NCBI GenBank assembly: GCA_951406725.2
Contig: OX597831.1
Location: 55,304,001 to 55,368,000 of the forward strand
Direction of reading: 5' to 3'
Origin: Octopus vulgaris
Taxonomy: Eukaryota
DNA: 64,000 bases
The notes beneath the pieces are model-generated. The model did not search any database. It saw only the letters and a program-made list of their open reading frames with translations, and was not told the DNA's origin. A program made the translations under genes and the position numbers. This document shows positions 24,940 through 38,500 of this stretch, piece after piece (positions within the stretch are counted from its first letter, which is position 1; the number at the start of each line of letters is the position of its first letter).

Positions 24940-26900
24940 TTTGCATATTATGTTTCATCTGCATCTCATTCTCATGGTCATCTTGTGAAAGTACTTGATA
25001 TAGCCTTTTCACTCAAATCACTTGTTAAGGTAACTACATTTATGACATCATAAATTTGAACCACTGACTTTGATATTAACATCAATTTTTTTTCTATATC
25101 CTCAAATGCTTTACAGAAATGGAACACCATACTTACAGAGTAATACAAGCAGCAATATATGGTCTGAATAACAATAATCAGTATATCCCCTATAGAAATT
25201 AACAAGTCCAAGAAAAGATTTGAATTATTTCTTGCCCTTTGGTGGAATTTTTATTAATCTGCTTATAAACCCTCCTTTGTCAGTTTACATCTCAAAAAAA
25301 AAAAAAAGACAATTCATCAGGCCCTAACACAAATGATAGTCATGTCTGATAATTCCAATTCCAAAATGTTTAAGTGTGCTGTTTTAATTCCATATGAAAG
25401 ACGTTCATTTTAAAAGACTTAATGGTATATTTTATCACCATAATTTCTTTTGTTTCAGAACACATTTCTATCTGATGTACTTTTAAAATCCAATGTAGTA
25501 AAATAAGACAAATCAGAGAGAGAGAGAAAGAGAGAGTGTGTAAAAAATAATAGCTTAATGTGTATTGGTAAACATCTTGCCTTAGAATAACAGTAAATTG
25601 ATATTCCCTTTGAGATTAATATGTTCTGAAATGTGAAATTTGTGATGTGTCTTGCTGTGTAATATTTAAAACAAGCATGGCTTCCCAACCTTGGGCAAGT
25701 GTCTTCTACTATAGCCCTGAGCTAACCAAAGCTTTATGAATGGATTTGGTAGACAGAAACTAAAAGAAGCTTGTCATATATTCATGTATGTATGCATGCA
25801 TATGTTTGTGTGTCTGTGAGTGTATTAGCATTTCCTTGTCTTGACCTCACATTATAGCAATAAATGAGTGTCACTGCCATACAATCAGCTCCATCATTTG
25901 TGTGTAAGCATGTCTGTCCACGTTATTAGCTTACTTGGAAATAGATGAGAGTTGGCAACAGGAAGAGCAACCAGTCATAGAAAATCTGCCTCAACAAATT
26001 GTCTGACCCACATGAGCATGATAAAAATGGTTACTCTTTACTCGTTTCAGTCATTTGACTGCGGCCATGCTGGAGCACCGCCTGTAGTCAAGCAAATCGA
26101 TCCCAGGACTTATTCTTTGTACGCCTAGTACTTATTCTATCGGTCTCTTTTGCCAAACTGCTAAGTTACGGGGGTTTAAAAACACACCAGCATCAGTTGT
26201 CAAGCGATGTTGGGGGGACAAACACAGACACACAAACATACACACACACATATATATATACATATATACGACAGGCTTCTTTCAGTTTCCATCTAGCAAA
26301 TCCACTCACAAGGCTTTGGTCGGCCCGAGGCTATAGTAGAAGACACTTGCCCAAGGTGCCACGCAGTGGGACTGAGCCTGGAACCATGTGGTTGGTAAGC
26401 AAGCTACATACCACACAGCCACTCCTTTTTTTTTTCTTTTTTTCTTTTGCAGTCATTTGAATTTTTTAGAAATCATTTCAAGTCATTGAATGAATTCAAT
26501 ACAAGCATTAAGCTTCCAATCATCCTCAAATGATTGTTCGAAATCTATGAATCTTATTTGATTAATTTCCTCTTCAGAATTCTGTCTTTCAGTCTATGTT
26601 TTTTAAATTTGCACAAACACACAAACTCATGAAATTTCTGAGAAAAACTGAATTAACTCCATCAGATTTTCATTTTGTCATAAGAATCTGACCCTTTTGA
26701 TAATGTTTAATTTCTTCCGAGGATAAATTGACATTATTGCAAACTTCATACTGCTAAAATTTATTTATTTTAATTCCACCATTACACAAACTTTTCAAAT
26801 GGCCTTCAAACCTACTTTTGTTAAAGACAAATCCATTATTTACCATCATAAGTGTCCATCAAAGCATCATACCTAAGATTTTGTTATGTGTGGATCATCA
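24940..26900 (-). mobile_element. Old L1-clade ORF2 relic interrupted by SINEs
   Basis: Decayed minus-strand peptides FHFCKAFEDI (DF.KAFD-like), KEIMVIKYTIK and *DALMDTYDGKIM (WDA.K...RG.I-like). Many stops. Confidence 0.45.
26033..26425 (-). mobile_element. SINE family A
   Basis: Reverse complement of the family A consensus. Confidence 0.9.
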
Positions 26901-28604
26901 AGTGGAAATTCACTATTACTAACTGGTTATGCTAGCATCATATCATTACTGTATTTATCTAAGTAATGTCTGTATAGTTATATGCAATCTATACATCCAG
27001 AAGCATTATTTAATTGCAAATAACCAAGCTTTCTGAAATCAAACTGGTAGATTTCTTAAATAGCTTCATATGGAAGCATGTAAAACATATGCAAACTTGC
27101 AACAATAATGATTTCAAATTTTGGTACAAGGCCAGCAATTTCAAGGCTGGATTTAAGTCAATTATATCAACTGGTACTCATTTTATCAACTCCAAAAGGA
27201 TGAAAGAAAAAGTCAACCCCAGCAACATTTGAACTCAGAACACAAAGATAGACAAAATATCACTAAGCATTTTCCCCAGTATGCTCACAATTCTACCAGC
27301 TCACTGCCTTGCAATGCTGCTACAAAAATGGCATAACAATGATATCCCAGTTATATTTGTAACTGGTATTGTGTTCAATCAACCTGTAAGTACAGCTTAC
27401 AGCTGATTGGGTTATACTATTATTATTTGCCCTAGAATAACTATATGAAGTTATGTTCCTATCACAGAATGAATTACAGGACACAACATGTACACCCGTT
27501 CATTTCATGAATATCTTGCTTCTCTACATCTGTTTGCACAAGATATCATTTTATTGTGACATGTTAATTTTAATTAAGATTAGGTGTCAAACCTTAAAAC
27601 TTTCTGTTTAGTTTTATTGACCTTATTCAACACCTAAGTCATGGCACTTTTCCATTTCTCTTCTTTTAGCCCCACCCCCACCACGTACGTACACTTTGTA
27701 GTGTGTGAATAAAGAGAAAAACAAAGTAATTTTGACAGAGGCATAGATTATTGTTATTTATGTTCAGTACAAAGTCTGACAGAACAGACTTATAATCATA
27801 GGTTTTCCAAACAGCTATGACCATCTTGTCTTTGTAATATATTTAAACTAATTTTTCCAATATGTCTTCCCATCTTAAGGTGACAGACTGTGAGTTAATG
27901 GCTATTTGGTTGTTATTTCTGGTAGAACAAGCAACTACAAAGAGGTATCTTAATTGTGTATATGCAAAGAAATTTTGTAAAGTTGAATTAATGTTCAAAG
28001 AAGTTTTAAGAAGTTGACTAAGGATCAAACAAAACTACAACAAATCAGAGGTGGTGGGGGTGCTATAAGGTCACACTTCACTCATCTTGCAAGAAATAGC
28101 AGTCAAACTTCCTTTGGATTACCTAACCATGTTATAAAGGTAAGATGCAGAACTACATCATCCAGAGTCAGAAATTAAGATGGAGAATCATGGGTGGGAT
28201 GCCTTTGGTCATTTGTGTAATGTGTTATATGTCAGCAGCCGCATGGAACATCACACTACTGGCATCACTGTTTATACCAGTTATGAGCAAACTGTAGCCC
28301 ATGGAGCTTTCTGAATGACAAGCATAATGAAAGATTACTTTGCATTTTTTAGTGGTGCAGCCCATCTGATAATGAGCTATGTCACATGCAGCCCACTTCC
28401 CAAAAAACATTGCATATGTATGCCTGGTCTAAACTCGTAATATATATGCTCACTGTAAACAGCTGCTATTGTGGTTACCAGCAAAGATACATACATCTGA
28501 CATCACACAGGCTCTAAATGCTTCTGACCATTTACTCTTAAATTTTACCAGCTTGCAATTTCATCAGCCACAGTAAGTAGTATTTTTATCAAAAATATAA
28601 GCAT

Positions 28605-28950
28605 AGGCATGGCTGTGTGGTAAGATGTTTGCTTCCCAACTACATGGCTCCAGGTTCAGTACCACTGCATGGCACTTTGGGCAAATCTTCTACTATAGCC
28701 TTGGGCTGATCAAAGCCTTGTGAGTGGATTTGGTAGCTGGAAACTAAAAGAAGCTCATCATGTGTGTGTATATCCCCACCACGAACCAGTGTTGGTGTGT
28801 TTACATCCCTGTAACTTAGCAGTTAGGCAAAAGAGACTGATAGAATAAGTACGAGGCTAAAAGAAATAAGTCCTGGATTCAATTTGTTCAACAAGAACCT
28901 TTCAATGTGGTACCCCAGCATGGCCACAATCAAATGACTGGAAACAAGAA
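28605..28950 (+). mobile_element. SINE family A
   Basis: Family A match. Confidence 0.85.
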
Positions 28951-30299
28951 TAAGAAAAGAGATATTCTTTCTTTTTTTAGTGGCTATTCGTTGTTCAAAA
29001 GAGTTAAGGGTCACAAATTTAGAAGGAAATTGAAATCACAGCAACCCTATATTATCTGGCCAGTAAAAGCCACTGTCCTATCGATAACAACTCTGGATGG
29101 TAGCTGCAGAGTGATTCAGCAAATGGGCTGTTTGTGAAACACTTGCATAAAAATGAACCGTTACTAGTCATCACAAGTTGGCTAAGTCCTCTGTGACATC
29201 ATGAAAAACTACCCTTCAAACTAGATCTAAAACATGTTGCTGTACTCATCAATACAAGGAGCAAATGTATGACATGGTGTTCAAATTACATGACATGTGC
29301 AGGGGAAGAGGTAAGTTTTACTTGTTTGAAAAATGTCTTCAACAACATTAGACCAACAATTCCTATGAAGTCAGATCTTCCAGAATATAACCAAGTTTCA
29401 GTCCTACTTCATTTATTCATTTCATTTCATGCCCGTTTTCCATGTTATCATAGTTTGGATGGATGTAAATATTGGGGATTGGTTTTCGATAACCAGATGC
29501 ACTTCTTATTGCCTTCATTTATCTGGTTTCAGGTTAAGGATTTTTAATGTAAAGGAGAGAACTGAAATACTAGGCTATTTTGTTGACAGGAAATGTTAAC
29601 AAACTTCACTGATTTCAGTGCAACCACAAATGATTACCTTATAACTCAGCATAGTTTTGTAAACATTCACACAAATATGTATCAATGCACACACACACAC
29701 ATTGTTTTCATCTACCAAATTCTCTCACAAGGAATTATTCAGCCTGGAGCTAAAGCAGAAAAGTAGAAGATACTTTCCCTAGGTGTCACAAAGTGGGACT
29801 GAAATACTGTGTGGTTGACAGGCAAACTTCTCAAACACATGGCATCATTTAGTTGTACGTACATTATGTCAACACAACCAAGGATGAAGCTCAGCCTAAT
29901 TATAACAATTTTTTCAACTTTACTATGTTCTTTGTCTAGTGATACAAACCTGGGTGTTGAATCATTCTGACAGCCTGACACTGATGTATTCTTCATAACA
30001 GCAGTATAGTTTTGCTCATCATCTACTGCAACAGTGCGAAAGAAACCATCCCAACGTAAAATAGTGTAGAAAGAATTGTGACAGGGAGCCTGTAACTGGC
30101 CGATAAAATATAACTTCCCTAAGTTGCACCTAATCTTCATAAAAGGCTTTACTGCCATTTGTCTGACTTCAGGTTATGGCATATTTGTACCCATTATTCT
30201 CTCTATAAAGCACATACCTTAAACAACAAGATTGCCAAAATAAAGTCTGAGTTTGGAAATGGTAATAGGTCTTTTAATAAACTTGTGAATATTTCTTTT

Positions 30300-31480
30300 A
30301 TTGCAGAGATTACAGAAGAATTTGGTCTTGAAGATACCAAAAATTAGACCACTTTCTCAATACTGACCACATCAAGGACCTAACCAGGGTTTGTGAATAA
30401 CATTTAATTACTTAGTGTTGGGTTTCAAACGCAAAGGTAACCATGAGGAAGCTATCAAACGTTTTGAGTGAATAACAACTCATTGGGCATCTTATAACGC
30501 ACGTGGAATGCATCATGATAATGTTCTGGAGGATAATAATCAAAACGGTTACACTGTCCTCTTGACGAAGTCTAAAGATGCAGTTATTAAATCAGAAACA
30601 AGCAGGGCCGGCTCAAAGTACCAGTAACTCGAGCAGTAGCCCGGGGAGCCAAGGAGGGCGTGACAAAGACAAGGAAGTTTCCATGACCGTCAGTTTGTAC
30701 ATGCCGAAGTTCAGCTTGCCCAGGGTGCCAGCAACCCTAGAGCCGGCCCTGGAAACAAGTCGGTTTCTGTCAGTGCTACAGCAGGGGGGGAAAAAACTTC
30801 TGAAAAAGATACAAGTTAGTTTGTCGGATTTTGTGTTCTTCAAGAAGGCCGGCAGCGTAACTGTCACTGCAGATAACAGAAGAATTTAGTGAAGAAGATG
30901 CTGAAAGTTCACCTATATCCCGACTTGTTTAACAAAATAAACTGGACACTGATCATATTGAGGACCTGACCGAGGACTGTCTATATCAGTCCGCAGCTTC
31001 ATGTGCAAGGATGACCATTGGGAAGCTAGGGAACGCTTTGAGGGCTCGTCAAACCCTTGGGTACCCTACGATGTTGCAAGATAAATTTCCCAGATGAAGA
31101 ATATTGGATGAATGACTAGTGAATGAACGACATATATTCAGGGGAAAAAACCGGACCATACAAGAGGAAGACCAGCCATTCTGGATGACAACGGACCATC
31201 TTCGAAAACACAAATAAACCTTGACGAGGATAAACGTATATGGTGGAAGCTGAGGACACTGGTAGGCAAAAACCACTCAGGACACAGACCGCCGTAGATG
31301 AAAGCGAATTCAAACAAAGGAACCAATGTGGAACAAAAGCTAATTGTCATAAATGAAAGCAAACACTCGTCGTGCAGGTCTACGGTGAAGAATGACAATG
31401 AAGCATTCAGAAGGCAAACCACCCCAAATGGAAAGGACTATTACAAAGAGATTTGTTGTGGTTCTTTCAAATTTATGTAG
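30300..31480 (+). pseudogene. Decayed coding relic with an internal duplication, possibly L1/Tx1 ORF1
   Basis: Higher GC, and two homologous frame-broken segments (see findings). RGRPA..W.TTDHLRK could be an eroded zinc knuckle. Confidence 0.3.
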
Positions 31481-31769
31481 TTTCATTTTCGGTGACAGCT
31501 TTTGGATCGTATGTCACTAAATGTGCAAGAATTTTGTACAAAACACTGCTTTAAAACAATGTATTTTTTCTGTGCAATGACGCGTAACTAATATAAATAA
31601 ATTAGTGTTTTGTTCCAAAATACAGTCCCGTTTGGACTTGTATGTTGTTGTGTATCGCTGTACTTTTGTTTTCGTGTTTCTATTCAAAAGAATAATAAAT
31701 ATTTTGAAATAGACGTAGCAATATTAAATTTAATTGTTTAAAACGAATAAAGCAAAAGCATATACTCAC

Positions 31770-31910
31770 TTTTAATTAAATGTCATCGGTCTCAGTCAAA
31801 TTGTAAGTTGTTTATCACAAAAAAATTCGTTCCCGGTGTAATCCGATAACAAGTAATATCATGACAAAAAGCTTGACAACGAAGAAACGAAAATGGCGGG
31901 CGTCTGCCGA
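31770..31910 (-). promoter_or_regulatory. Probable CEP78 promoter and non-coding first exon
   Basis: Repeat-free, locally CpG-enriched stretch. Strong minus-strand donor aaaa|gtgagt (GT at 31769-31768) and YY1-like AAAATGGCGG at 31890-31899. The CEP78 ATG exon has an acceptor, so an upstream exon must exist. Confidence 0.5.
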
Positions 31911-32998
31911 TGGGTACATGTAAAAATGGAAAATGAAACGAAATCATAAAAGTTGAGCGATAAGCTATAAAAATTAATTACTAATGTTAATTACTCACAT
32001 ACGACATCTGTTTCATAAAAAGTAAAATATAATTAAGCCAATCTTTTCTTCACCTAATAAGAATCTTCAATTATACTTTTGATGCTGACTATATTAAATA
32101 TATTAGCTCGTGTCCGTTTTCATTAGTTAGCCCTCAATCTTACCAACTGAATATACTTTGCTGAGAAGGTCTAATAAGACCGAAGCACGTCCATTACTTT
32201 CAACAGTTAGCTTTAAAGACTATATCCACTCCATTTTTTAATCCCTCAATTGCCCCAAAATTTCGATAAGTTGATCTTATTGGAGTCATATTTGTTTTGT
32301 TTTTTTGTTTTTTTTTTTTTTTTAGATTTTAGATCCCAGATTAAGTTTTTGTTTATTAATTATTTGCATAATCTCTGCTGATCGAAAGTCTTCAACTCAC
32401 TATATTACACATATAAGAACTTACAGATCTAACTAATTAATTATTAATGTACTGGAATCAGTGTAATCAACACATCCCACTTCTCTAAATTCCAGGCTTG
32501 TGCTAAAATTAGGAAGGATTTAATTGGAAAAATCGTCTCATTGAGCTTGCTTCAGATGCTAAGCTGTTAAACTCTTTATTTTTGACTTCTCTAATTCTGA
32601 TAACCATTCATTTAGTCAAAAAGAGAATCACAAGTAGCTGGTCCAAGTTAGTCAAGCCTACCAGCCAAAAGATAAGCAGTTCATATTCCATCAGTGGCAT
32701 TCTTCAGGATACTGAGTAGTTTACTTAGTTGTGATAATGTATTATCCCTCGATGAAAAGAGTAAATTGATTACATCAACCCCAGTGTTCAACTGGTACTT
32801 ATTTTATCTATCCTGAAAGAATGAAAGGCAAACCTGACCTCTGCAGAATTTGAACATGGAAGCACTCTGTTATTTGGTTCAGGGTTGCTTATTCTTCTGG
32901 CAGAAGCCCAATTATACCAAAACTAACCACCAGATCTGGTAGCCATATCACTATCTGACACTTATCACCTTTTCTAGCAGCACAACTTATATATAAAT

Positions 32999-33030
<32 letters not shown>

Positions 33031-33039
33031 TAGGGAAGA

Positions 33040-34800
33040 AGCTGTCTACCATGTGGCCTCAGAGGTTGTGGGCTCGTTTGACGGAGGAGAAGGGGTCAGT
33101 TAGGAAAGATGTGCAAAGTGGAGGGGTTGGACTGGAGTCGCCAGAAGGCTCGGAGAATGATATGTTGGAGAGGTAGGGTGGTAGGTGAGGGGAAATGGGA
33201 GACGGCGAGGCGAGTGCAGGAGGAGAGAGCAGATGCACAGTCCACGGAACATGCTCAAGCAAGGGCGGTGTGAATAGTGGTGAGGGGATATCCATGTATG
33301 ATGAAGTGGTGAGCCATGAGTTGAAACTGAGTCTCAAAGTCATGGTCGTCACTACAGAGCGTGCGTAGACGGAGAAATTGGGAATAGGGGATGAAAAGCT
33401 TGATGTGTTTAGGGTGGGAGGAGGAGAATTTGAGGTATGAGTGTGAGTCTGTGTGTTTGTAGTGGATGGAGGTGGTGAGAGTGGAGTGATGAATGCTGAC
33501 CGAAATGTCAAGAAAGGAGACAGAGGTGTCAGAGATAGTGCAGGAAAAGTGGAGGGCAGGATGGAAAGATTTGATAAAAGAGTGGAAGGACTATAGATGT
33601 TCGCAAGAGAGTGAGATCACACTGATACTGTCGTCAATATAACGGTCGCATAGTTCAGAAGTGGGACCAGTGAAACTTGAGAATATTTGGGCCTCAATGT
33701 AGCAAATAAACAGGTTCGCATAGTTGGGGCCCATTCTCATTCCCATGGCCACTCTCGAGATCTGCTGGTAAAAATCACCAGCAAACGAGAAGCAGTTGAG
33801 TGAGAGGACAAGTTCTGCCAGACGAATGAATGTGGATGTGTTGGGTTGGGGGTTGGGTTGAAGGTTAAGGAAATGTTGGAGTGCATGCTGCCCCTTGCGG
33901 TGAGTGATCACTGTGTAAAGGCTCAGGATGTTGAGAGTGAAGAGAAGTTTAGATGGGCCAGGAGGGAAGGAGAGAGAGTTTAACAAATGAAGTGCATGGT
34001 TGGTGTCATGGATGTGAGAGGGGAAGGAAGCCACTAGGGGAGCAAGGACACGGTCAAGATATTTGGAGGTGAGTTCAGTAGGGCAGTTGCAGGCAGAGAC
34101 AATGGGGCAGTAAGAGTTGTTAGGTTTGTGGATATTGGGGAGGAACTAAATAGTGGCGGTGCGAGGGGTGCGGACAACGAGGTTGGAGGTGGTGGGGGAA
34201 GACGGGAAGAGGAGATGAGGTCATGGATAGTGGAGGACACAGTCTGCTGGTAGCTGGGCGTGGGGGAAGAGGGCAGAGGGCAGTAGAAGGAGGTGTCTTG
34301 AAGTTGGCGGGGAGCTTCTGTCTTGTAGAGGTCCGCGCGCCACACCACCATGGCTCCACTCTTGTTGGTTGGTTTTATGATGATGTCAGTGCAGTGTCAG
34401 AGACATCGAAGGGTGAGAGTGGAGGGAGCGTATCAGGGAGGGAGATGGGTAGTGGAGGAGTTGGGGTAGTGGCATCGGGTGTGATGGAATGGAGGAATGA
34501 TTGGAGTTTACATTGTTTGGTGTGAGCGAGAAATTGATGAAAGAGATGATTTAAATAAATTATGTAACGTAATGTAGTGTTTACATGGGAGGGCGACTGA
34601 GAGGAGAAGATGGTCAATGATGTGTATTCTGGAGAGATTAGAGCGAATGGTGGAGCGTATAAGGGGGTAGGATGTAGTATGGAGTATGTGTAGGATGGTT
34701 GTAGCAGAGTGGAGAGTGGGGGTGGAAATGGAGGTGGAAACATTTAGAGATGAGGTGGTTATGCAAGCAGTGACTGAGAAATGAAATGTGACTACAGAAG
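33040..34800 (-). mobile_element. Penelope-like retroelement, decayed reverse transcriptase region
   Basis: Peptides IKPTNKSGAMVVWR (IKPADKGG-like), SHIHDTNHAL, LFTLNILSLYTVI, FYQQISRVAMGMRMGPNYANLF and RYIDD are characteristic of PLE RT; frameshifted. Confidence 0.9.
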
Positions 34801-34965
34801 CGGGGTTTTTTTTTAATTAGTAGGGAAAGGTTAATAGAATGCTGAAAGCAGTAGAAAGGAAGTGTGCAAAGGTATTGTTTTAGACTGTGGTTGATTTTAT
34901 ATGGTGTTTTAGATGGTGGTCTTAGTTATGAAACTATGTTCTTATACGGAATATATTTCTCCATA

Positions 34966-35330
34966 TTTACCTTTTCCAAGGAAGGCGGTTATGATTTCAT
35001 CAGTGTTGGTTTGTCCGTCTTTGTGCGAAATAACTCAAAAAGTCGTGAACGGTATTTGATGAAACTTGAAGGAAAAGTTGGTAATGACACAAGGAACAGA
35101 TGATGAAATTTTGGTAGTGATTCGGGGATTTTTATGGATTCTTGAAGGATTTTTCATTTGTTTTATTTACTTTACATGAAGAATTACCATGTTACGTTCT
35201 TTGATTATCTCCCTTGAAAACACGTTCCTCGTTTGCATGTAACCTATGGTGGCCTTGCTGTTTTCGTTTCTCTATTAGTAATTTTACTCGCGTATCTATC
35301 TTAAAATGAGCTGCTTGACGGAGGTCTACA
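34966..35330 (+). mobile_element. Helentron-associated non-autonomous element (HINE-like)
   Basis: Subterminal inverted motifs tacctt..ccaagg / cttgacggaggt, plus gtttgtccgtc and ataactcaaaaagt...gatgaaactt blocks typical of such elements. Confidence 0.55.
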
Positions 35331-35735
35331 GAGGATGACATGCCAAGCCTTGACTATTGGGATCGACTCAAAAAGCTCAGACTTTGCTCCATCCACTGCT
35401 ACTGTGAGCTCTGTATCATATGTATGATGTGGCCCTGCTCTCTTCAACATTGTGCCAGACACACATAAAGGCAAATTTAGCTGGGGCAAATTGAGTAAAA
35501 CAAAGAAAGGTAAATTTGTCTCTTCAATTCTCTAGAATTACATTTGTAAACAGATTCATACACATCAATGTCCTTCCTCAAAATTCAAAATATCTTGGTC
35601 AAATGAAAGAAGTTCATTGAAAAATGGCACATGAGACAAAATTATTGAAACTCAACTAAGTATAAAAAACTCGCCCTAAAATATTCTCTATAGATTATTT
35701 ACTGTTAGATTCCAACTCGATTTTTCCCACACTTA

Positions 35736-36660
35736 GTGTCTAATTATGACATTAATAACTTTAGGCCCATAACTCTGCTGAACACAGAGTTAAAAATTTT
35801 GGCCAAGGTGTTAGCCAAGAGAGTGAGGCTTGTCGTGGGTGACCTGTTGGGAGAGGCACAGACATGTGCCATCCCAGACAGGACAATACATGACAATCTT
35901 CGCCTCATACGCTATACTATAGAGTGGGTGGGTAAAATTTCTGGCAAAAGTGGGGCACTGGTGAATTTAGACCAGTCTAAGGCATTTGATAGGGTTGACC
36001 ATTGGTATCTGGCGGCGGTGCTCTGGGCCCAACTTTCCGTGGATATAGTGACATCGATTCAGTTGTCTGGGTGAACGGTTCCTTCTCGAAGCCGTTCATG
36101 ATTGAACGTTCAGTTCGCCATGGCTGTCCCCTGTCCCCGCTTCTGTATGTGTTGGCTCTTGAGCCACTGCTGCAGAGGTTGGAGGCCACGGGAGGAGACC
36201 CGCGTGATCCATGTTACGGTAGGAGAGCGATGGCATATGCGGATGATGACACTATCATCGTGTCCGATGGAGGGCAGTTACCTCATGTAGAAGATGCCAT
36301 CAAAGGATATGAAGCAGTGGCAGAAGCAAAAATTAACCAGGGAAAATCAGTCAGCTTGCAACCTGGAGGGGCAAGTCGATGCATCCCAACAGTGTTGTGG
36401 GACGTAGTACGGAGGGCCTGGTTAAATTGCTTGGGGTCTGGTTTGGACCAGATCTCCAGATGGCAAAAAACTGGAGCGAGGTTACAGGCATGGTGACTGC
36501 TATAACCCAGACTTGGTCTGGGGTGTTGCTATCCTTGCTAGAGAGGGCCAAGGTTGCACAGGTGTTTATAGCATCTGTGATAACCTACCGCCTAACCATT
36601 GTGCCTTGTCCCAGGGTGTGGCTGAACAAGCTGGAACAGATCCTTTTCTACTTTTTGTGG
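35736..36660 (+). mobile_element. L1/Tx1-clade LINE reverse transcriptase fragment
   Basis: NNFRPITLLNTELKILAKVLAKR, LDQSKAFDRVDH, SVRHGCPLSPLLYVLALEP, AYADD and VKLLGVWFG across frameshifts. Confidence 0.92.
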
Positions 36661-36719
36661 GATCTGTTTATTTTCATATCCACATGCTTGGATATGAAAA
36701 TAAATAGATCAACATACAG

Positions 36720-37170
36720 ACAGATAAGTACATAGGTTATATGAACAGACAAGCACGCATACGCAAAGGGAGACTGAAACACATGACACTTTATACACAT
36801 ACACTTTACTTCACACAAGGACACATATGGAGACACGTGTCTACACGTATGGAGATGCACATCCATACATACAATCATGGTACATAGTTGCAAAACACAC
36901 ACACACACACGCAGACATACACACACAAGGAGACAGAGGTGCATACACATACAAACACACGCACACACACATATACATAAAAATACGTAAACACGGACAT
37001 GCAAGCATATGAATATGCAGAATACATACATAGATGCACACACACATATATACATATGCATACGCACACATATATACCTACACATAAATGCATACATACA
37101 TACACACATACGTACATGCATGCATGTATAGGCATACACATACACAGACACACACATGCGCACAGAGAAA
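36720..37170. repeat. CA/TA-rich low-complexity tract
   Basis: Seen directly; source of several spurious ORFs. Confidence 0.9.
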
Positions 37171-37196
37171 CAAAAAGGAACGCAGTGTAAATAACG

Positions 37197-37397
37197 GAGA
37201 GTCAAAACTATTGAAAAGGCTGCAAGACGCAACGAAAATTTTCGGAAAATAAAAATAAGGAATAAGTGGAAATTTTACCGGTGAGTGTGTTAAATTATAA
37301 GGCACAAAAAGAATATGACTCTTCCCAGACACAACAGAATATGCTTCAACACACAAACTCACATAAAGAATCTTGCAAACCAAATCCCAAAACGAAA
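37197..37397 (+). mobile_element. Single copy of the 14126-14403 repeat family
   Basis: High similarity to 14211-14403. Confidence 0.85.
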
Positions 37398-37400
37398 GAT

Positions 37401-37828
37401 GGATCTTTTCGGTTTGAACGGCAGTTTTTAAAAAATAATTTCCATGCAACTAAACACTTTTAAACTTCGTATACTGGTAGAATGTGTTTATAAAATATCT
37501 TTTTCTCTTGGCTTTAATGAGAAAATTCTATAGTTTGTAAGATATTTGTTGTTTTTTTTTCTTCTTCAATTTCTGCAATTTCAATCAATCAATGACGTCT
37601 ATTGAGGTAAAAAAAAAACATTCTGTGCCGTATGAATATGTCCTTCGTTTAAGAAACAGATTGAGTTTATTTACATTTGTGAAGAAAAAAAGATACCCTT
37701 CCCCCCACCCCTAACCCTAACGCTAAAACAGAATGCAATGCAATAGATCGATACTAGGGTCATAATTATGGGTGACAATTTCATATGACACCGCTAGAAA
37801 AAACTGCCGTTCAAACCGAAAAGATCCC
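37401..37828. mobile_element. MITE with about 29-bp TIRs
   Basis: ggatcttttcggtttgaacggcagttttt / aaaaactgccgttcaaaccgaaaagatcc, with internal ccctaaccctaa. TSD not evident. Confidence 0.85.
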
Positions 37829-37829
37829 G

Positions 37830-38218
37830 AAGTAGCTTGCTAACCAACCACATGGTTCTGGGTTCAGTCCCACTGCGTGGCATCTTGGGCAAGTGTCTTC
37901 TGCTATAGCCCCGGGCCGACCAATGCCTTGTGAGTGGATTTGGTAGACGGAAACTGAAAGAAGCCTGTCGTATATATGTATATATATATGTATGTGTGTG
38001 TGTTTGTGTGTCTGTGTTTGTCCCCCTAGCATTGCTTGACAACCGATGCTGGTGTGTTTACGTCCCCGTCACTTAGCGGTTCGGCAAAAGAGACCGATAG
38101 AATAAGTACTGGACTTACAAAGAATAAGTCCCGGGGTCGATTCGCTCGACTAAAAAAAAGGCGGTGCTCCAGCATGGCCGCAGTCAAATGACTGAAACAA
38201 GTAAAAGAGAAAAAGAGA
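37830..38218 (+). mobile_element. Young SINE family A, 5' truncated, directly upstream of the RPIA promoter
   Basis: Family A match with CpGs retained. Confidence 0.9.
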
Positions 38219-38224
38219 AATTGT

Positions 38225-38386
38225 TTATAAATGTATGTCGTCTGCTAAGAACATGTGTGGGACATTTCCCGCTAGCAGTAACCACGTGATATTTCAAACA
38301 GTGTGAGCGGTCGCTAACCGTGCGCCTCGTTTTCATTCAATTTGCCTTAGTGTTGTCCGTAAAGGTTTCGCCCTGTTTATGTTTAC
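38225..38386 (+). promoter_or_regulatory. Probable RPIA core promoter / 5' region
   Basis: CpG-enriched unique sequence directly before exon 1, with E-box CACGTG at 38283-38288. Confidence 0.55.
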
Positions 38387-38500
38387 ATGACGCTGTTGAC
38401 ACTCTGTCTACGTCCCAGTTCATCACACACTTTCATCATCAATCGAATCAGTTCAATTTTATCACCTACATTCCTACCAAGAATTGCTCATTTCGGAAAC

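Noticed and set aside
30940-31080. MTIGKLGNALR as a death-domain helix
   Set aside because: The alternative frame aligns better between the two duplicated segments, and the other death-domain residues are lacking.
31893-31949. Plus-strand start ATGGCGGGC (MAGVCRW..)
   Set aside because: The frame closes after 18 codons and the donor is weak. It is better explained as a YY1-like promoter motif.
37709-37727. Telomere-like CCCTAA repeats (also TTAGGG near 53416)
   Set aside because: Only two or three units inside DNA elements; not an interstitial telomere.
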